Part shown: one piece after another, positions 55,801 to 64,000 of the stretch
Position numbering within the stretch: the first letter of the stretch is position 1
How the letters are laid out: each line of letters opens with the position of its first letter
Assembly (NCBI GenBank): GCA_965202585.1
Contig: OZ241834.1
Coordinates: 25,606,001-25,670,000 of the forward strand
Length of the DNA stretch: 64,000 nucleotides
DNA from: Thalia democratica
Taxonomy: Eukaryota
Reading direction: 5' to 3'
Program-made: the position numbers and the translations under genes
The notes under the pieces: model-generated
What the model was told of the DNA's origin: nothing
The model's database searches: none
Seen by the model: only the letters and a program-made list of their open reading frames with translations

Positions 55801-56796
55801 CAAGTATGAGCTTTGTAAAGAGAAAGATTATTTCAATTGTATGTTTGTTTTAAACAACCACTGTTGTTTACATTAATTTGATTGTTCAACTTTTAAACAA
55901 ATCTTTATTGTTTCATTTGCATTCTGATAAATAAGACTAATACACTTTTGACAATCAAACCTCCGTTAAATAACTACCATTGAGTATTTTTAATATCAAT
56001 GCAAAGTAAAGTTTAATATAAGTCTCATTTAATATAATGTCTTATTTAAGCATAAATTTTTATGTAGTGACAGATCATTGTTTTTTTAATTAAACTAACA
56101 ACAAATATCTATTGAGTGTTTTTAAAACAAGTCTACAAAATAAAACGAATAAGAATGAGTTTTGTTTAAACAATAAGTTAATTGTATTAATAAGTAATGT
56201 AAGTAATAATAATAAGTAATGTATTCGTAACTTTTTTAAACGTGTTACATGTCTTCAATTGCAATTAAATTGATAAGAAGAACATGTTCAAAAAGTTAAA
56301 GCTCGGTTGTGTTACTAATAATCAACAACAACAACTTAAAATAAAGTCAAAACTAAGACTTTGCTTGTTATAAGTGATATGAATTTTTGTTTAATAAGAT
56401 GATACTTTTTTGTAAGCACTTATTTATTGAACTTTTTAACAGAACTTCAACAAATGAATAAAAGAAAGTCTTTTGTATAAAACGTATTCAGATGAAAAAT
56501 CTTACGGACAACATAATCAAGTTAGCTAAACCTCTTTTACAAAGCATTTGATTACAAGCACTACTACTGTTTTTATCATATTAGACTAATGCAATGCTTT
56601 TTATACAACATAACGAGTTACAAATTTATAAAGCATTTAAAACAATAAAAATAGTGGGTTTATTTAAGTATTTGAATTTTTAATTTACACAAATAAGAAC
56701 TTATTTGTACTAAGCTTATATTCTTGTACTTTAAGTGAGCATGAACAGCTGGTTCTATTCTAATGGTGGTCCTAAAAAGGACCGGTTGTTGAGCGT

Positions 56797-57156
56797 TTAT
56801 TTTGAGCTGGTGTATTTGGTAACAGCTTTAGTTCCTTCTGAAACTGCGTGCTTTGACAACTCGCCGGGGAGTAAGAGCCTGACAGCAGTTTGAATTTCGC
56901 GGCTGCTAACAGTTGACCTCTTGTTGTAATGAGCCAAACGTGAAGCCTCTGCTGCAATGCGCTCGAAGATGTCGTTGACAAACGAGTTCATGATTCCCAT
57001 TGCCTTGCTGGAAATTCCGGTGTCGGGGTGCACTTGCTTCAAAACTTTGTACACATAGATGCCAAAGCTTTCTTTGTTCCTCCTCCTTCGCTTCTTCTTG
57101 CCGTCGACCGGAGCGGTCTTGGCTACTGACTTCTTCGCGCCTTTGGTTGCTGTCAT
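56797..57156 (-). CDS. H2B: Histone H2B (unit 5)
   Basis: Same protein as unit 1; ATG at 57156. Confidence 0.96.
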   Translation of the reverse strand: MTATKGAKKSVAKTAPVDGKKKRRRRNKESFGIYVYKVLKQVHPDTGISSKAMGIMNSFVNDIFERIAAEASRLAHYNKRSTVSSREIQTAVRLLLPGELSKHAVSEGTKAVTKYTSSK

Positions 57157-57322
57157 GATGATGTGTGGACTTCTGTCTCGGCGCCGGTTTATATGCTGTA
57201 AAATTATGCAAATTAGCATAGTTCCGTACGCGAACAATAGCTACTTTCTCTCACTTCACAATTCTCTCGTTTGTTGTAAATATTTTTGGTGGTCCTGAAA
57301 AGGACCTGGTTTTTCTTTCAAC

Positions 57323-57703
57323 TTAGGCTGACTTTTTTGAAGCGGTCTTCTTAGGCAATAGTACTGCCTGGATGTTTGGAAGAACACCACCTTGAGCAAT
57401 TGTGACGCCGCCGAGAAGTTTGTTCAACTCTTCGTCGTTGCGAATAGCTAGTTGCAAATGGCGAGGAATGATCCTGCTTTTCTTGTTGTCACGAGCAGCG
57501 TTACCGGCAAGCTCGAGCACTTCTGCGCTCAAGTACTCGAGAACGGCAGCCAGATAAACTGGAGCACCAGCTCCGACTCTTTGGCTGTAGTTGCCGGTGC
57601 GCAACAGGCGGTGCACGCGACCGACTGGAAACTGCAGTCCTGCACGGGAAGACCTGCTCTTCGGCTTAGATTTGAGTTTTGATCCTTTACCACGTCCTGA
57701 CAT
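57323..57703 (-). CDS. H2A: Histone H2A (unit 5)
   Basis: Same protein as unit 1; ATG at 57703; TATA-like box altered. Confidence 0.95.
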   Translation of the reverse strand: MSGRGKGSKLKSKPKSRSSRAGLQFPVGRVHRLLRTGNYSQRVGAGAPVYLAAVLEYLSAEVLELAGNAARDNKKSRIIPRHLQLAIRNDEELNKLLGGVTIAQGGVLPNIQAVLLPKKTASKKSA

Positions 57704-57885
57704 TTTGTTGTTCGAATGATTGTGATGATAGCTTGCACAGCTCAACATAAAACTCATACCTAACCGCGTCGAACAAAAAACTAATTTGCATATGTCATAG
57801 CTAATGCTTAATCTTGTCAGAAATGTTGTAAAACTCTTATATTGAATTAGGTGGTCCTAAAAAGTACCGGGTTTGCTAAAAGCGA

Positions 57886-58233
<348 letters not shown>

Positions 58234-58372
58234 TTATATACAAGCTGTTACGGATGCGTACGGTTACTACTAACTAATTTGCATACTCAAAAAGTCTCTT
58301 AACTTACATTTAAGTTTTTCTCACTGTCAAAGTTTTAAGGTGGCCCTGAAAAGGACCGGTTTTAGCTAACGC

Positions 58373-58864
<492 letters not shown>

Positions 58865-58964
58865 CTAATTTGCATATTTTCAACTTAGCATCGTTTTATG
58901 CATTTTGAGTTACGTTATATTTTGTTAGAGTGGTCCTGAAAAGGACCTTGGGTAAAAGAACAAC

Positions 58965-59510
58965 TTATTTTTTGCAGCTCTTCTTCTTGGATGCTTTTTT
59001 GGCTGCCGGCTTCTTCTTGGTTACTTTCTTCTTCTTGCTTGCAGCTTTTTTAGATGCTGCCTTCTTAGGAGCGCACTTTTTAGCAGGTCGCTTTTTGGCT
59101 GCTGGTTTTTTTGCAGCCTTCTTAGGAGCACACTTCTTTTTTGGTTTTTTAGCTGCTGACTTTTTAGCTACTTTCTTTGTCCTCTTCTTGGGTCCAGCAG
59201 CTGGCATTGGAGCAAGCTTAAACGAGCCAGAAGCGCCTTTTCCAGTAGTCTGGAGAAAAGCACCTTTGGTCACGCCGCTGGTAAGTGCTCTCTTCAAGTG
59301 AGAATTGGAAGCTGTGAGGTCAAGCTTGTAGGTGTCCGCGATAAACTTTTGTATCTTCTGGCGGGATGTACCTTTTCGTTCCTTCATTGCTCCAAGGGCA
59401 GAGCTAATCATTTCCCTGTAAGTAGGGTGCTCTGCCTTCTTGGCGCTTGGTCTCTTGGAAGACCTGGCTGCGGCTGGCGCTGGTACTGCTGCTACTGCTG
59501 TGGTAGACAT
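58965..59510 (-). CDS. H1: Histone H1 (unit 5), 181 aa
   Basis: In-frame 15-bp deletion in the tail; QKFIAD as in the edge unit. Confidence 0.94.
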   Translation of the reverse strand: MSTTAVAAVPAPAAARSSKRPSAKKAEHPTYREMISSALGAMKERKGTSRQKIQKFIADTYKLDLTASNSHLKRALTSGVTKGAFLQTTGKGASGSFKLAPMPAAGPKKRTKKVAKKSAAKKPKKKCAPKKAAKKPAAKKRPAKKCAPKKAASKKAASKKKKVTKKKPAAKKASKKKSCKK

Positions 59511-62500
59511 GATGAATGAATATTAAAGCGACCAAAACGATACTTGCAAGAGTTACTGACTGTGACGAATTGACTGTTGAGCAGTTATGCTTTGCAAGGT
59601 ACCTTTTACTTCTTAATATAAGCATTAGCATGTTTGTTTAATACATATATGCTTATAAAAACTTAGTTGTCTTATTACGAATGTTGAAAAAGTTCCAGTA
59701 AGAAAGAAACCATTTCTAACTTGTTCTAAAAGTAATTTTTTTAAAAGCATTAGTTTGAAAAGTCCAGAAATAACAGCCTGTATCTTACAGCACACCTCTA
59801 AATACATTAAGAAAAACATAAATGAAACAAAACATGTTAACACACTTCCGACTGAGTTTTCCTTTGCCGCTCACCTAAAGTAATAAAGTTTTAACAAAGC
59901 ACAAGGTTTTTTTTTACCTCAAACTTAAACAAAATTTCATTATATCGATTTCATGGAGTTTTGTTAATCGTAAGTTCTATCAAGTATGTTCAAGTATGTT
60001 CAAGTTAATTACAGTTTAAACTAATGTGTAAAAAGTAATTCCAAAAGAATAAAAGAGTTCATTTTGTTTAGCTTTACTAGTCATGATTACTCATAATCAA
60101 TATACTCATAAGCAATGTACTCAAAACTTTTATTAAACAGACAACTAGATAACTTTGTTCTTGCACATACTAGTAACTTACCTTACAACAATGTTTTCCA
60201 AACAACCTTTCAAAAACGTGCTGTACAGTAACTATGATGATACTTGTTTAAAGTTGTAAACTACATTTAAACACAAATTTTATTTTTCAGTGTATATGAA
60301 AAACTAGTTTAACAGGTAAGTAGTTTAACATTCAATTAGTGTTTTAAACAACTGATTCAAGCTGTTATACAGTTTAAAAAATAACTGATGCAATTTTGCT
60401 CGTTAAACTTAAACCTTGATCAAACTAAGAACTTTAACTTTGCAGATTTCAACCGAATAAAGTGTGCTGATAAAAGTGAACAAATGGATTTGGTTGTAAA
60501 TTTTTCAAACAAAATAAAGTTAATTAAATTCAAAGAAGTAAATAAGTCGAAAAAGCTTATGAACACTAGCACTAAATTTGAACTTAAACAAAAGCTGATA
60601 TCTTTTGGATGAAAAATTGTACGTAAAAAAAGAGGTTGGTTTATTTTTTAAGCAGCATTATATACAAAATAAAATCGACTAAGAAAATCGAAATGAAAAA
60701 GTTTTGAAATAAGATTGACAAACTTAGTGTTTGAATAAAGCTTTGTTTACAATCAGCACTCATAACCTTTCAATCTATCTTTGAAACTTTTAAACTGGAA
60801 AATAATGCAACTAAGTTTTTTTTTCAAACTTTGTTTTGTCACTTCTCATAAAGTTTTAAAGTCAGTCGAAACAACATAGAACAACTTACTACTTTCTTGA
60901 CACATATTTTGAAACAACAACAGTACTGTTTTTTAAAGTTTACGATTGAAGTGTTTACCAAGTTAAACATGTGTTTTAACTGCTTTACTGCTAATAGTGA
61001 TTTCCTAGTTTACTCAACCTAGATTAATCATAATGTTCTGTACCATTGATTTCATTGACTTTTCATTGTTTTGCTTTTCAAAATTCGTAACTAGTTATCT
61101 CTAACTTACTGTTAATGTAGTTAAAAACACAGCTTAGGATAAGTTGCATTTTATTCTCGGATGTCGTTAAGAACATAGCTGTTGTAGCAATAACATATAA
61201 ACTTGAAACAAAGTAACTGTTATCTTATTCAGTTATAGACCATATAAAACAAAGTATTTGCTTGATTCAAAGTTTTACATTGTTGTTTGCCTATTATGGA
61301 ACTTGTACTATCACATAATCAGCTGCAAAAAAATGAAGGCTAAAAAAGTTTTGGTTTTGCTTTGTCCAATTTTTCTTCTTCTTTAGATTTATAAAAACTA
61401 CACAGCTTAAAGCAACAAGTTACAGTAATTTTAGTTTTCTTATTTATAGCGTACATAAGGGTAACAAACAAGTGGTAACAATTTTTTTACTTCTTTTCTT
61501 TGTACCATGTTTCAGCTAATCAATTGGTTTATTTCATATGCTTGACAAGATTAGAAAGCTTAAATCAAGTAAGTAGATGTAAGCTTTGTAAAATAAAAGA
61601 TTTATTTATACAAGTTCATCATTTTATTAAGGTATTTTGTTTTGTAAATTGTGTACTTGTTAATAGTGTTCTCTTTCTTTTGAACAAACGATGTTGTTTA
61701 CATTTATGTGTTACACCAGTTTTGAATTGTTAAGCATGTTTCAGTTGTAGTTTAATTGTAATTGAACAGTATTTTTTAAGGACACTAAACATTGTTTGTT
61801 ATTAACAGTTTAAAACGTTTTCAGTTAATAAGTCAAAGTTTTATTTTTATTTCTGTTTAAGCGTACTATTTTCATTGAAAAATACAAATAGTTTTTACAG
61901 TGACGTAGGCACAGTTTTTTTTAATAAACTAAAAAACAAATGAAATATTGAATTAAAAAATGTCCACAAAGTAAGCATGAATAAGAATAAGTTTTATTTG
62001 GAAAAGAAAGTTAAAAGGCCTCGAAAAAGACACTCAAGTTAGTTAAAGCTTTTCACTAAGCATTCGATAATAGTAAGCAATAAAGTAAGGATTAGAGTAG
62101 TTATCTAGCTAGAGTTCCCTTCTTAACAGTTGCATAAAAAAAGTATAGTAGAGAAATTGTAGCAAGCTAGGTATTTAATAAATAATGGGTTTATAGTTTG
62201 GAGGGAAATAGTTTTTTGATTCTTTTTCACCACAAAGTTTATTAAGTGTGTGTATTTGTGTTGTTGAGTTTAGTAGTCATTAGTAGCTTGTGTATTAAAT
62301 TGGTGATCCACCTAATCTTTAGATTCAAAAAGTACATAGCTTAAAACAAACAAGTATCGTCGTTTTGAGTTGTCTCATACATAGTTTAAAAAAGAGTTAC
62401 AAAAAATGGTAACAAGCTGTTCCATTTTTATCTTGGAATCATGTCGTTATTTGTCATAGCCACAGAAAAAATGAGTTCAACAAAACAAGTATGAGCTTTG

Positions 62501-64000
62501 TAAGCAGAAAGATTATTTCAATTGTATGTTTGTTTTAAACAATCACTGTTGTTTACATTACTGTTCAACTTTTAAACAGTTTTTTATTGTTTCATTTGCA
62601 TTCTGATAAATAAAACTAATACTTATTTGACAATCAGACCTTAAATAAATATCATTGAGCATTTTTAGTATCAACGCAAAGTAAATTTTTCTTCTCATTT
62701 AATACAATGTCTTATTTAAACATAGATTTTTATTTAGTGACAGATTTAAACTAACAACAAATATCTATTGAGTTTTTGAAAAACAAGTTTACAAAGTAAA
62801 ATGAACTAGAATAAGTTTTGTTTAAACAATAAGTTAAACAAGAAAATTCCCATTAAAAAACATTTTTACCTAACATTTAAATACTAGTGAAGCAGAAAAA
62901 CTTATTCTACATTATCAAAAGTAGTTTAAAATGTCAAGTAGAACTACAAAAACTAAAGTAAGTGTAACTAACTAGTAGAAATAAAAACAGAGAAATTCAG
63001 TTTTAGAAAGTTTATTTAGAAGTTATTGAAATACACTAACTGTTACTTTTTACAAACACGCACAGTGTAGATATAAATTTGTACATTTTTTTGTCGCTTA
63101 GTTTAAGCTTGTTTGACACTGTTTACTCGACATTAGTAGCTGCTTAAATCAACTGGTGGTCCTGATTACTTTAGATATGTAGAAACATAACTTTCAACAA
63201 ACTACTAGAGTTGTTAAAGGTCAGTAAGTTGTCTCATATCTAGTTAAAACAAGTACATTTTACTTTGAAAACTAGAATAATAAATTACTTAAAAAAGTAC
63301 AAGCAGTCACTTTTTTGTGTTTTACCAAGTTTCAACCAATGAGCTGGTTTGTTTTGTGTGTTTATGTTTTGAATTGAAAATGTTTCTTGAATATGCTAAA
63401 CAGAAGTGAGCTTTGAAAGAAGGAATATGTTATTTTACTTGAAAAACACATCTGTAATTTTTTGTTTTGAACAACCATTTTTGTATTCATTTATGTATTC
63501 GTAACTTTTTAAAACGTGTTACATGACTTCAATTGCAATTAAATTGATAAGAAGAACTCGTTTAAAAAGTTAAAGCTCGGTTGTGTTACTAATAATCAAC
63601 AACAACTTAAAATAAAGTTACAACTAAGTTTTTGCATGTTATAAGTGATATACATTTTCGTTTAAAGATGATACTTTTTTGTAAGCACTTATTTATTGAA
63701 TGTTTCAACAGAACTTCAGCAAATGAATAAAAACAAGTGTTTTGTACAAAAAGTATTCAGATGAAAGATCTTACGGACAACAAAATCAAGTTAGTTAAAC
63801 ATCTTTTACAAACCATTTGATTACAACACTACTACTGTTTTTAGACTAATGCAATGCTTTTTCTACAACATAACGAGTTACAAATTTATAAAGCATTTAA
63901 AACAATAAAAATAGTGTGTTTATTTAAGTATATGAGTTTTTAATTTACACAAATAAGAATTTATTTGTACTAAGCTTATATTCTTGTACTTTAAGTAAAC

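Overview
AT-rich animal (invertebrate-type) genomic DNA with spliceosomal introns; the species cannot be assigned from sequence alone. The left part (1-24.7 kb) holds three paralogs of a small intron-containing gene whose exons splice in frame into signal peptide + fibronectin type II (FN2)-like domain + C-type lectin-like domain (CTLD). Copy A is on + and lacks its 5' exons in this window; copies B and C are on - and complete (212 and 215 aa). An NFKBIL1/IkBL-like ankyrin gene lies between copies A and B, together with several non-autonomous DNA transposons and a 5'-truncated, decayed CR1/L2-type LINE. The right part (24.7-64 kb) is a tandem array of replication-dependent histone quintets, all on the - strand, transcribed in the order H1-H3-H4-H2A-H2B. 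It comprises one truncated, pseudogenised edge unit and five full quintets, with two spacer classes (unit about 7.25 kb vs 6.68 kb) and a 100-N assembly gap. Most interesting: hypervariable FN2 loops in the FN2-CTLD family beside NFKBIL1; an octamer plus ACGCG promoter module on all core histone genes; fixed unusual H3/H4 substitutions; a Cys-containing H1 tail without CDK sites; and decay and mosaicism among the histone units. All alignments, counts and percentages were done by eye and are approximate.
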